Positions 49,291 through 61,300 of a DNA stretch of 64,000 nucleotides are shown in pieces. A program made the translations under genes and the position numbers. The notes beneath the pieces are model-generated. The model was not told the DNA's origin and searched no databases. It was given only the letters and a program-made list of their open reading frames with translations. Positions within the stretch are counted from its first letter, which is position 1; each line of letters opens with the position of its first letter. The stretch is from Microthyrium microscopicum (lineage: Eukaryota), in assembly GCA_010405405.1 (NCBI GenBank), contig MU004233.1:2520539-2584538 (forward strand). Reading direction: 5' to 3'.

Positions 49291-51766
49291 CTACAAGATC
49301 GGATATACAGGATCCCCTGTAGCAATCGTAGCAATTGCGTGTCCCTTTGACCCAGACAAGTGTGTAGATGCTGGACTGGGCACGTGGGAACAATGTTGAC
49401 CGAAGAATATCTTGCCATCAAACCGCCGGGTTTTCGCCAGGGTGGTGAACGGCTCCTGATTCCTCAAGCCAGTATCCTGGTCAATACAGACCATCTGGCA
49501 CCGACGGCAAGGCCCAAGAAACTCAAAATACTGGTCTGCTATGCGTACCATGCGCCAATTGTCTTCTGCATACGGCTGCTCTGGTCCGAGCCGTGGAGTT
49601 TTGGCTTCTCCAACGACAATGTTAGCTCGAAAGGCTTCTGCGCGTACAGCCTTGCCGCCACTGCTTTTGATTTGCTCGTTCAGGCGGTTAAGGCTTGATG
49701 AGGAAATCGTGAGGATGGGACTCTCATTCGATAACAGAATTGGAATCTTCTTCGATTCGTTGTGGTCTCCGACTGGGCCACCTGATTTTCTCTTTCGAGA
49801 TTGCTGGCGGGATGGCTGCAGATGATCCTTTGCATGCCTTGACGAGGCTGAAGACCCGCCTGAAGGGAACCTTCCAAGATGGCAGCTTACTCCCAAAGCC
49901 TGGGTAAAGAAGCTGTTGATATCAGGATTCGTGTACGCCCGGGCGGAAATATTGTCGCCACAAACAGTAGCCTCTCTACATGTATCTCCCAGCATCATTG
50001 GTGAAGCTGGATCCAGGTAGAGAGGTACGACAATTGGTGCAATGTTTGCAGACTGATCAGTAAATGATAGTCGAAGAAGCCCTTCGTCTAGATCTATTTG
50101 TGGACGAATCAATGCCATTCTTGGATACCTCTTTTGGCTCATCACAGCGCCTGATCCCGCAAGAATCACGCACCATTCACGATCCCAAGCAAGTCCCTCA
50201 TTATAGACTCGCCAGCGCTTGCCTGCAGGTATTTTCCAACCTGAGCAACTTTTGACGGGGAAGACCATGAGAGATTCAACTGTGAATGGCGCCACCAAGC
50301 CTTCTGCCGGAGATGAATCCATTTCCTCACTGCTCACCGAAGAGCCATCACTTTCGACGAAAAATTCCTCAACAAAGGAAATGAAGCTATCAACATCGGC
50401 AATTGTGTTGATGGGTCCAAGACTAACTCGGATCATGCTGGTTGGTTGTCCACGCATAATGTCGTGATCATTTCCACATCGCTGGCCATCTCGATAATTC
50501 TCTTTCATATCATTAGCGGAGAGATTAAGCGCTGCTGCAACGCCGCCCGGATTGCAAAGTCCACCCGTCCGCAGCTGGATATTCTTGATAGATGCCAACT
50601 TTTCGACCTCGGTTGTGCCAATCCAAGATCCACGGCTGTCACATATGTTGAAGGCTAGCACTGGACCTTGCCGGCGCAGATCAGCAAAATCTCTGGATCC
50701 GTCGACGTACATGTAGCACGCTGGACGGCGGTTTGAATGTTGAAGATCAGAAAGGCCCTTGTAAAGCCGCTGAGCAAGAAATGCGCAGTGACGCGAGACT
50801 TGGTCCAGCGATCCAAACAGCTCATTATACGTGTTCATGGCAGGTTCAATGGCGAGGATGTTGTGGATTGGAAGACTGCCATCCTCCAATTGTTCATGCA
50901 GTGTGTCCATTCTTCGCGCGAACCATCTATCATCTGTGCAGGTTACCATATCAACGGTACCACCACCAAAGTATTTTCGGTTCTGGAAAATGTGCCCCGC
51001 ATCTTTTCTAATGATAAGAGCTCCAAGGTCTGGGAACCCAAAGATCTTGTACAGACTAACAACAGTGAAATCTGGACTTGTGTTCATGCAACTCAAGTCG
51101 AGCGGCGTAGTCGATGCAAGAGCAGCAGCGTCAAGCAAGCTGTACACCTTCGCCCCATGTTGTCTGATTTGACCACACCAGGTCAGTGGTAGCCTTGTAC
51201 CATTCATATTCGATTGAGCAGGGTACGCAAATAGCTTGGTTTCTGATGTGCTGATAGAAGTCGAGGATATCCATGTTTTGACTTCTTCGTCTGACTTGAA
51301 GCATTGCTGAGACTTTGCCACTTCTCGCACTCCCACCACACTCGTATGTGCAGCATGATGATAACCAAACCAGAAGCCATCTTCAGCTTCACGAAAAGCT
51401 TCCGCAACGAGTTTGATACCAGCAGTTGCGTTTGCTACAAAGACAAGGTCGAAGTGATCCGGGTCAGCACTGAAGTATTGCAAGAGTTGAAGACGAATTC
51501 TCTCTATCTTCTTGGATGTAGCCTGAGCTGCCAATGAAGTTGAATGTGGATTGCCATAGAGATTCAAAGTCATATCAGTGGCGAATCTAGACATTAAACT
51601 CTTTGACGGGATTGCTGTTCCTGCATGATCCAGATAGATGGTGCCTAGGCCAGGTTAGCTTGACCCTAGTATTTCGAATGAATGTTGTACCTTGGAGCAT
51701 TGGAAACTCTTCACCTCTTAGCTGTTCGATAGCTTGGTTGTACCAAGCCTTGTGATTGGGGTCCAT
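49291..51766 (-). CDS. hxB: Molybdenum cofactor sulfurase (NifS-like PLP domain plus MOSC); intron 51690-51645
   Basis: EEFPMLQ-GTIYLDHAGT, LYGNPHS, FVANATAGIKLV, LFAYPAQSNMNG, SLYKIFGFPDLGAL, RTGGLCNPGG. MOSC part FPVKSC, WDREW, FRANIVV, CRRCQMVCIDQ. Confidence 0.96.
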
Positions 51767-52300
51767 GATAGTATTGATTGACGTCTACCTTGGTATTTCC
51801 AGACTGTGGACGCCTATGAATAATCCAAAAGAGCGGACATCTTCCATTATGTGCTCGTTATCATGGCGATTGCAGTTTGAAAGATGCAGACCAACTGATT
51901 GCTTTTACAATGATCTCAGAGATGATTGGACATATGTGGGGCGAACCTATCGGCAGGCTCCGAACTCCCAGTGGAAAGGGCCGTTAGGCTTGCTTGTTGA
52001 CGGAAATATGTACCTAAGAAGAGCTAGGGACTGATGTCAACTGCATGCTGGGATCAAGTGTAATACTCAATCACTGAAGAATATACCTGCTTTGAAGACC
52101 ATGAAATCCGGCGAGAAGGCAAAAGATAGACGAAACCACTTCCTTCCTGATAAGGAAATGACGACAGGGATTATCACGTGCGTTCTCCAGACCAGACTGA
52201 AGCTTTGACTTCTCTAGCTTCCAATCTTCAACTTCATCTCATCAATCCCACAACAATTCATGAGCCTGTCACTCGGGCTTGTGCCATAACGAAGACATGA

Positions 52301-53889
52301 ATGAATATCCAGCTCCTAAATCGATCGGCTGGCTACGGCCATGCGCGAGACGTCCAACAACTCTTTTACGCCGACCAATTTGACGCCCTCAAACCCGCCG
52401 ACACCAGATTCGAGCGCAAATCCACCACACAAACAACCTCTGCAGGACCTAGTCATGTTTACGTACCCAATGCTCCAGTAAGGATTCCGCGAGTTGAGGA
52501 CAAGCCTTGATAATGGCGCAAGGCGCCAGCAGTCATGATGATTCTCATCGCATTTGATGGCTATTAGACCACCCCATGGTCAGCAAGAAGTGCGATGGGA
52601 GTTCCCACGAGATCATAATATCGTTCCAGCGAACATCAGCTTCGAGAAAACAGAACAGCAACCGTTCATAATATGCTAACAAGTCCCAGGCTATGGCACA
52701 CTTCGGCGGCGTCAACGCCCTCGCAATCGACAAGTTCGACGGCCGCTACCTCCTCTCGGGCGGTGCAGACTCCACCATCGCCATGTGGGATCTCGAAACC
52801 CCCGCCTCCGCGCCCACTTCTGCTACATCTGGTCCATTGACCTACCGGCCCCTCGGCACAGTCGCGCGCGGCGCAGACGCTCATAAGTTTGGCATTACAG
52901 ATATCTCCTGGTATCCGTTCGATAGCCTCGCTTTCCTAAGCAGCTCGTTCGATGCGACGCTCAAGCTTTATGACGCTCTCACACTTGTGCCTGCAACATC
53001 ATTTGCGCTTGACAGCCCGGTGTATTCGCATTCCATGAGTCCCATAGCACAGCACATTCTCGTTGCGTGCGGGACACAGCACCCCTCTGTACGGCTGGTC
53101 GATTTAAGATCTGGTGTGGCTGTACAGGCCCTCGTGGGACATACAGGTGCCGTGTTGAGCACAGCATGGAGCCCAACAGAAGAGTACATGCTCGCCAGCG
53201 GCAGCAGTGATGGCACCGTGCGTCTCTGGGACGTAAGACGCAGTGCGGCACAGCTAGGCGTGCTGGATCAAGAAGACGCAGTAGGCTTACGAGGCTACGA
53301 TGGCCGTGGGTCGGGCGCGCGACCTGCAGGCCGAGGACGAGCGCATACAGGCACAGTCAATGGCGTAGTCTTCACCGAAGATGGAAGGCATTTGGTGAGC
53401 ACAGGACACGATGAGAGGATCCGCGTGTGGGATATGCAAACAGGCGCAAATACTTTAGCAAATTTTGGTCCCTTTGTGCGAAATGATGCGCTCGCGTGTT
53501 TACTGCCTTGCCTCGCACCCACGAACATGACAGAGTATTTCAAAGATATATTATTCTTTCCGTCCGAGAAGGAGATACTCATGTATGAGATGTTTGAAGG
53601 CAAACTACTCAAGCGACTGCGTGGCGTCTGGGGTGAACCGGATGCTGGATCGACGGGCAAGAATAAGGGGAAGCGTCAGTTGAAGGATTTAGCTTGGCGG
53701 CCCTTCAATATGGAGCTGTATTCTGCGCATACGGACGGATCGATTCATGTTTGGAGACCGTGGACGAAGGAAGACGATGAGGTGGGATTAGAGGATGAGG
53801 ATGAGGAGAGGACGAAGAAGAGGGCGGCGTTGGAGGAGATATATCAGGATGTTACGAAGAGGCAGCGTAACATGTTCACGGTACAATGA
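52301..53889 (+). CDS. WD40 protein of the CSA/ERCC8 (Rad28/Ckn1) family, transcription-coupled repair; intron about 52478-52689
   Basis: AHFGGVNALAIDKFDGRYLLSGGAD, HKFGITDISWYPFDSLAFLSSSFD, ACGTQHPSVRLVDLRSG, W.P..EYMLASGS.DG.VRLWDVRR, AH.G.VNG..FT.DGRHL. Confidence 0.9.
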
Positions 53890-54150
53890 ACGGGATATCT
53901 ATCAAGTATTATATCTGTCATCGTGTCTTCTAAAATGCGTATGAGTTGTTCCCCATATTGCTTGATATATTGCCCAACCTTTACGTACCTGATTTTGAAG
54001 AAGATACGTGATGGTAGAGCGTAGTCGACGAGAGCCCTTGCAGTTAACCTGTCAAGCCTGTATGTTCTACAATGTATTATGGCAGAGCTAACGTTGTAAT
54101 TATTTCGTAATACGAGTTCTACTTTAGATTAACGACTTATTGATCATCAA

Positions 54151-55625
54151 TTAGTATCTAGGTCTGCCCTTGTGCGCGCCGGTCCACAGACTAATATCAT
54201 ATGTACCTCCACGAAGCTGATCGTCCCCCTCCTCACTCTCGTCCATATTAGCTTCTGCTAGATGCGGTTTTCTGTTTTCCGGTCCGATTGACGCAATTAC
54301 GATGACATACACATACACACATGCCATGAATATGCATATAGCCATGGAGTAATTGATTCCCTCAGGATCCAAGGGATATCTGCCTGCAATGGCAGTAACG
54401 ATGGTTAGCGCCGGCGAAGCACATAAGACGCCGAGATGATACGATGTGCCAACAATGAAAGTGCTGTATGCTGGTGGGGACAGCTCCATGAGATACACTG
54501 GGATTATGCCAAAAATTCCCTGAACACAAAATTGCTCAAAGAATGCTAAAGCGTAAACTCCTGGAAGGGGCGCAAAGGCATATGGGTAGAGTAGCGCTCC
54601 ACCAATAACGGACAGAAGTATCATACAAAAGCGTCGACCGAAAATTTCACTGCAGTAGCCTGAGATCCATGATCCAAGTATGGCTCCAATGAATGCTGTG
54701 ACCTGGATGGTAGTGATTTTGTGCGAGGGGAGATTGTATTGTGTGGAGAGCATGATGGGAATAGCATCTGCAGTACCGTGTGTCTACGCACGCTTCTGGT
54801 TAGTGCAAAACTGGAAGAATTTATGGAATCATGACATACCAGGTAGAAAAGACCGGCCATCAACAGAACAAGATACGTAAGTAGCCGCCAGTGTTCGGCC
54901 GATCCTCGCAGTGCGTCCGATATGCTGCCTCTCATGTTGCTTCCTTTGTGTCTGATGGCTCTTCTTTGCTCGTACTTGTCCGTCTCCGGCATCATCCATC
55001 TAAAAATGATGAGTAGCACAGGAAAACCGGCACTGAACCAGAAAATTGTTCGCCATCCATGAGGAGTATGACTGAAAGCCCTCCAAAACGCAGTGGCAAG
55101 AAGAAATCCAAAAGGATAGCCACTCTGATATGCACCCGACATCAGCCCACGGGCTCTTACATCACAATCCTCCAGTGCCGTTGTAACAGCATTTCCGTAT
55201 AAGCCACCCATTGCGATTCCGAAAAGAGCCCTTACGGCCAGGAACTGTTCGTACGTCTGACAGAAACCAGTCGCCAACTGGAAGACAATGAGAAGAACGC
55301 AGTTGATGATGAATGGTCGTTTTCTCCCTAACGCATCGGCTACGAGGCCAAATATTGCAGCGCCTAGAGGACGCAGCATGAGCACCAAAGTCACGAACAA
55401 CGTTATCCGCGCTTGGCTCCTTTCAAACTCGACTGAAAGGCTAGGTAAGGCCGTTATGACGGTATAGAAATCAAATGCATCCCAAGTCCAGGCGGAAAAT
55501 CCAATCAGAAAGAACTTCCATTGCTGTTTGGTGAGGTTCCTCAGCAGCTTCCAAGGATTGCTTGCATCGTCGTAAGTGGGCTGGAGGGATCGAAGTTGCA
55601 GCCTCACGAAGCTGGGCAAGCCCAT
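54151..55625 (-). CDS. JEN1: MFS carboxylate:H+ symporter (Jen1-like); intron 54839-54784; an in-frame upstream ATG exists at 55853
   Basis: NPWKLL..LT.QQW..F..GF.AWTWDAFDFYTV, LVLMLRPLGA.IFG..AD..GRK.PFI, RALFGIAMGGLYGNA..TALED, GYPFGFLLA, QFCVQG.FGIIPVYLMELSP. Confidence 0.88.
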
Positions 55626-56473
55626 TTGTAGCCTTGAGATGAGGTTGCGACACAGTTCTTTGACTTTCAAAGTTCGAGTACTAGTAGTTAGGTACCTAAA
55701 TGCTAAGGTAGGTATATTTCTCAGTTCAAAAGGGGGGTTCCCAGAGCTTTTCGATCGAACCTCCACTGTTCCTAAAGATAGGACAGCGACCGATGTTCGC
55801 ATATGATGGCTTGCAGCAACAATGAGCCAATGAAGCGCCACTTGCCTTGTCATGAAATCACGCAGAGAACACTCTCAGGCTATGTCAAGCAAGTGCACAA
55901 TCCTCCAGAGTTGAAATGAATGATCCTTAAGAAGCGCTATCTTTTCGCCGAGACTGGCTTCAACAGCTTCCGTTACTAAAGAACGCTTCATTTTGGTGAA
56001 AAACAAAAGAGTGTAAGAATTCTTCTCACTCGTGGACTTTCTTACTTTGGAGTTGAGGGTACATATGATGGATGAGAGAGGGAACGAGATAAAACACCTC
56101 AACTAGCTCCAATGAACGATGGTCGTTAGGCTGGCATTACGTAACGAAAAACTATCATTGGTTGAGTAAAAGCCTCTAGACTCTTCTTGGATGCGCAGCA
56201 GAACAGCAGCTACAGCTGACCTTCCATATCTCTCAACCTGTGAGGTATGCTGCAGCCAAGCCAGAAATAATGAAGCGAAGAAGAAGAGTTCGGGGTCGTA
56301 AAGATACTAGATTCTCCGGCTATTGGACGCGAAGGACTCGAAGGAGAAGGGGCCAGCCAGAAATTGGCTACCTAAGTAGGTACAGAAACGAGCCCCTTTT
56401 CGGAGTTTGGAGAGCAGACGCGAAACGATTTAAGAGATGGTTTATTATTGAATAGAGATCAATCTCCTGCAAT

Positions 56474-57905
56474 ATGCCATTCAAGCTTTTTTCCGCCTTT
56501 CAGGACTTACCTGACATTGTCACGCCTGACATCTTTCTCCAGTTCGCGTTTCTAGGGCGTCATAATAATTATCTGGTGGGAATCGCGGAACTGCACTCTA
56601 ACCGTCACCTGTCTAAACCTTCCGATATCTATTGGTAATATACCAGAAGTATGGAAGCTGTCTGCTTTACTGACAATCTTGGTTCCATAGCCATGGATTG
56701 CCTGAACAATTTTCGAAGACTATTGCCAAAAACTCAAGATACAACTTCAATGTGCGCGGCCACGACTTTCTCGCCCATTTCGGTCAATGGAGAGGACATA
56801 CGAATAGCGGATACCTTGATGCCACAAGCTCCATGATCGAAGAGATTGCTGAACTGCAAAGCTTCGTAAACGCCAGCAAGTCGAAAGCGAACCCAGGTGG
56901 AGAGCCAGCCTTTCTGAGTTTCGGACCTGATCCAGGTAGTTTCTTTGCTGATAACGGGGAAACAAGGTATCGCTGGTCCAACCTTCCTCACGACTTAGAC
57001 GATGCAATACAGGATATTGTATGTCGAGAAAGATACGGCAAGATACACGACGTAGCGATAAATGGAGCAGGAGGCTGGGTGATTCAACTGAACAAAGGCA
57101 AGGAGTATAAATGGGGAGGACCATTAGAGGAGAGGTTTCGTGTAGCACTCGAAAATGGGGAGCAAAGAAGAGCGACCATCACGGTTAGTAGCACTTTGGA
57201 GTTGTTGTGAGAACAACATTCTGATGTGTGGTCTAGCGTTTATATCTCAATCATCAAAACAAAGAAGAATACGTTTTGATTTTCAACGATGGCAAGGCTT
57301 ATGCCTCTCTTCACGAAGGATTCAAAACAATCTTCAAGAGCTATGTTGAGCGAGCAATATCGAAGAAAGTTGAATGGGAATATTATGATTTATGTTACTG
57401 CACAGAGGAAGAACAGGAACTTGCCAATGCAGCATACTACAATCGTCGCGGTCTATTCCAGCTTCACAGAGGCGCATTTGAAAAGGCTCTCTGTTATCTT
57501 CAAGAAGCCGTTCGACTTCAAAACACAGCAAGATTTCGGGATGATTATGGAATGGCTCTTATTGCCGTACGAGAAGTCAGAAAAGATCCTAAAGTGGAGA
57601 GGTTGCTTGAGCTTGCAGCAAGTCAAGAACGCCCACCTGGTGTTCTTCCCTGGTTCGTAAATGACTATCTCAATATTGTAGGTATAGACGACGATTCTTA
57701 TGCACGCTTGTCGGCTCTGTTACAGCGCTCCAGGATATTGCCTCAAAGCTGGTCTTGGTCAGATTCGGTACGGATAGAGAGAGACGTCGGGGTGTATGAA
57801 ATGAACCCCGTGCACGAAGGTCTTCCGCAAGGAATGACTGAGCTAGATGGAAGTTCGGTGAGTCGGACCGAGTGCAACAAGAGTTCTGCTACCCGTTACG
57901 CCTAA
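56474..57905 (+). CDS. Hypothetical protein with four degenerate N-terminal repeats and a TPR-like helical pair; 3 exons (introns about 56635-56690, 57184-57237)
   Basis: ATG 56474 MPFKLFSAFQDLP splices in frame into ORF 56698-57210 and then ORF 57276-57905. AYYNRRGLFQLHRGAFEKALCYLQEAVRLQ fits the TPR pattern. Confidence 0.7.
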
Positions 57906-58321
57906 ATATAATAGATCAAAACTCAGCAGCAACTGATTTATGCTATGGCGGTTGGTTGCGCGAGCAAATGTATTAGGATACCGATAGGAAATGGTGCTTC
58001 CTCTGGCCACTAGTAACTACTCATATTTTCTGCAGTTATTGCTGATAGTAAAGGCACATGGCGTTGGTGGTGAAGATGAAGTTGCAAAAGCAAATACACG
58101 ATACGCTAACGTGGTCCACCCAGATCTGGCCCCACCCCCTTCTGGCCCACCCAACCAGAAAATTCCTAGATAGTTCAATCAACCATAACTTTACGAATTC
58201 TTGCTCTTTTAATTCGTAAATAAATGCCTTCTAAAGCTAAGATCTCTGCCTATCTAGAGGATATCAAAAATTAAGTTTATTCCTCTATTTAGAAAGCCTA
58301 CGTTGCCTATAAAGTTCTAAG

Positions 58322-61300
58322 TGTTGGGGGTTGAACCCCCTGAAGCTATGCCCGTTCGGGCTACCCCTATTGTATATAAATACCTTAATCGAAGAGTCTC
58401 TTAACTCTTCTTTCTCTCTAAGTTACCTTCCTATTTAGTAGGCTTATAATATAACTTATCTCTTCATTATCTAATTTATAATATTAGGTAACTTTAAAAC
58501 TAACCCCTCTTTTTACCTACTTCCTCTCTATCTATTAATAAATAGCTAAAATAGTAGACTAAGATCTTTCTTACTTAATAACTACTAGATAGAATAAAGA
58601 AACGTCCTCTAAGGGCTTTACTCGTAAGAACGTAGAAGCGTACTTTACGTATATTAACTAACAATAGATAGAGCTACAAAACTACTTAAATATATCTTAA
58701 GAAGTAACTAATAATAGCTTATAATAAGTAATAGATAATATTTTACTACTTAATAATATACTTAATTTATTTATCTTATAATTATATATAATTACTACTA
58801 GTTATAAATAAGCCTTATAATAACTAAATAAGTTAACTAGCAAAATTTATATATAATTAAATAAGAATATATAATAAATTATAGTAGTTTATACTAAACT
58901 CTAAGCCTAAGTTAATAGTTAAAATAAATAGCTTATTAATATCTACGCTAGTAGTAAGATCCTTATATAATAAGTAAATAATATTACTTATAAGACGCTA
59001 ACCTAGTAATAATAGTAGAAATAAGAATAATTTTAAAAGAAATTTATAACGCCTAGTATAACTCTTTCTTTAATACTAGCTATATTCTTTACTAAAAAAA
59101 CCTTTAACTATAGCTACTACTCTTCTTTAATTTTATAAGCTAATTCTTCCTAGACTCTAATTATAATAGCTAGATTAGTAGCCTTTTCTCTATCTCCTTT
59201 AATAAATTTTCTAGTTGCCTAATATAAGCTACTTTAACTACTACTACGAAATCTCTAACTAGCTTTTCTAAACTTAGAATAATATTTATATAAAGACTTA
59301 ACTCTTTATCTTAGTTTTTACTAAATAATTAAAACAAAATTATATATTAATAAATAGATTTATATAAATAACTATGCTTAAATCTACTATATATTTAGTT
59401 AGCTTATAGAAGACGCTATCTAATAAGTTCTTTCTTAGATTTAGAATCTTACTAGCTATAGTATTATAAGTTTTAATAAGTTTATAAAATAAATAGATTT
59501 TTTTTTTTATAACTTATATAAAGAAATAAGAGTTTTAGTAAATCTTTAAAAGATTTAATAAGAAGATAAAGAATAAAGAATTTTTTAGGCTAAGTTTTAG
59601 TAATATTTTATTTATACTAAAGTATAATTTTAGGCTACCTCTATCTAGATATAGTTCTTAGAAAACGTTATAGATTCTAATCTTAGAATAGCTCTAATTA
59701 CTTACTCTTAGCCTAATAATTTAAATACCTTTACTTAAGAAGCTTTAAAGACCTAGGATTAAATAGTTTAAGCTTATATAAGCTATTATAGCCTAAGAGG
59801 CCTAAGCGTTAAAATAAGTACTTAGTAAAGTTAACTATTTAAGAATTAGGACCTAGACGTAATAAAAGGCGTTTAGATTAGAGCTAGCTAAGCCTAGTAT
59901 AACTACTATAAGTAAAATAATCTTTATTTTTATTATAGCTTAGTTAATTATAAGATTTAGGATTATAAATAGACGCCCTAAGTATTATTTAGAAGTTAGA
60001 ATTCTTTTTATAACTAGGCTAGCTATAAATAAAAATAAGGTAGAGGAGGTACTACTAAAGGTAGACGCCTATAGAATAATATTAGTAAATTCTAGGCTAG
60101 TACTACTAATACTCTAGACGTCTCTTAAAGTAGCTAGCTAATAAAAGCTACTACTACTTAGCTAAGAAATAATAATCCTTATAATAATTTATATAATATT
60201 ACTAATATAGAATTAGAAAACTAGCAAGCTTAGATTAAAGATATAATACTAAGCTAGAAAATTATAAAAATATTATTTTAGAATAGTATTAGAAGTTTTT
60301 TATTTAAGATATAGTTATAAAGCCTTTTTTAATACCTTTAATAGTAAATTAACTTTCTTTATATATAGGCTTTATTAATAGTAGCTACTTAACTTATTTT
60401 TTTATAAGTCTCTACTTTACTTAAAAACGTAAACTTAAATATATATTACTACTTTAAGTAATTCCTATTAAAGAAATAAATAGTAAGGCTAGAGAAATCT
60501 ACGAAATAGTAATTATAAAAATTAATATTAAAGGCTATAAAGAAACTATTTAAGCCTTTATAGTAAAAGAGACCTTAGGCTATAATATAATTCTTAGCCT
60601 ACTTTAGATAAAGAAATAGGATATTATTCTTTATATAAAACCTAAGAAGCTAGTCTTTAATAAAATAGGTTATATAATTATAAGTCTAAAGACTCCTTAG
60701 AAGAAGTATAACTACGTAGTAATTAAGATTATAGTATTTAGAATACTTACTTAATAAGCTAGAAAGTAAGTAAGATAGTCTTAAGAAAGCTTAATATTAA
60801 TCGTATAAGTTTTTACTATAAGTCTTTACGACTTATAAAAAGCTTTTACTTTAAAGAAGTATATTAACTTTTATAGGAAGCTTCCTAAATAGTATTTAGA
60901 TTATTTTAACCTCTTTTAAAGAGAACTAGCTAATAAATAGCTACCTATTTAAGGCTTTTTTATAGACTATAAGATTAACTTAATCCTAGACGCTAATAAA
61001 AAGGAATTTTAGTTACCTTAGTAGGTATTATACCTTATAAATTAAAATAAATTACTAGCTCTTAAAAGAATTCTTAATAATCTACTAGAAAGTAGATTTA
61101 TTTAAGTAAGTAACTTACCTACTAGAGTACTAGTTCTCTTTATTTATAAAGTAGATAAATTAATTTAGTTTTATTATAACTACTACGCATTAAATAAGTT
61201 AACTATAAAGGATTATTATTTTTTACTACTTATCTATAAGATATTAAACGCCTTAGGAAAGGTATAATAGTTTACTAAGCTAGATATATCTTAAGTATTT

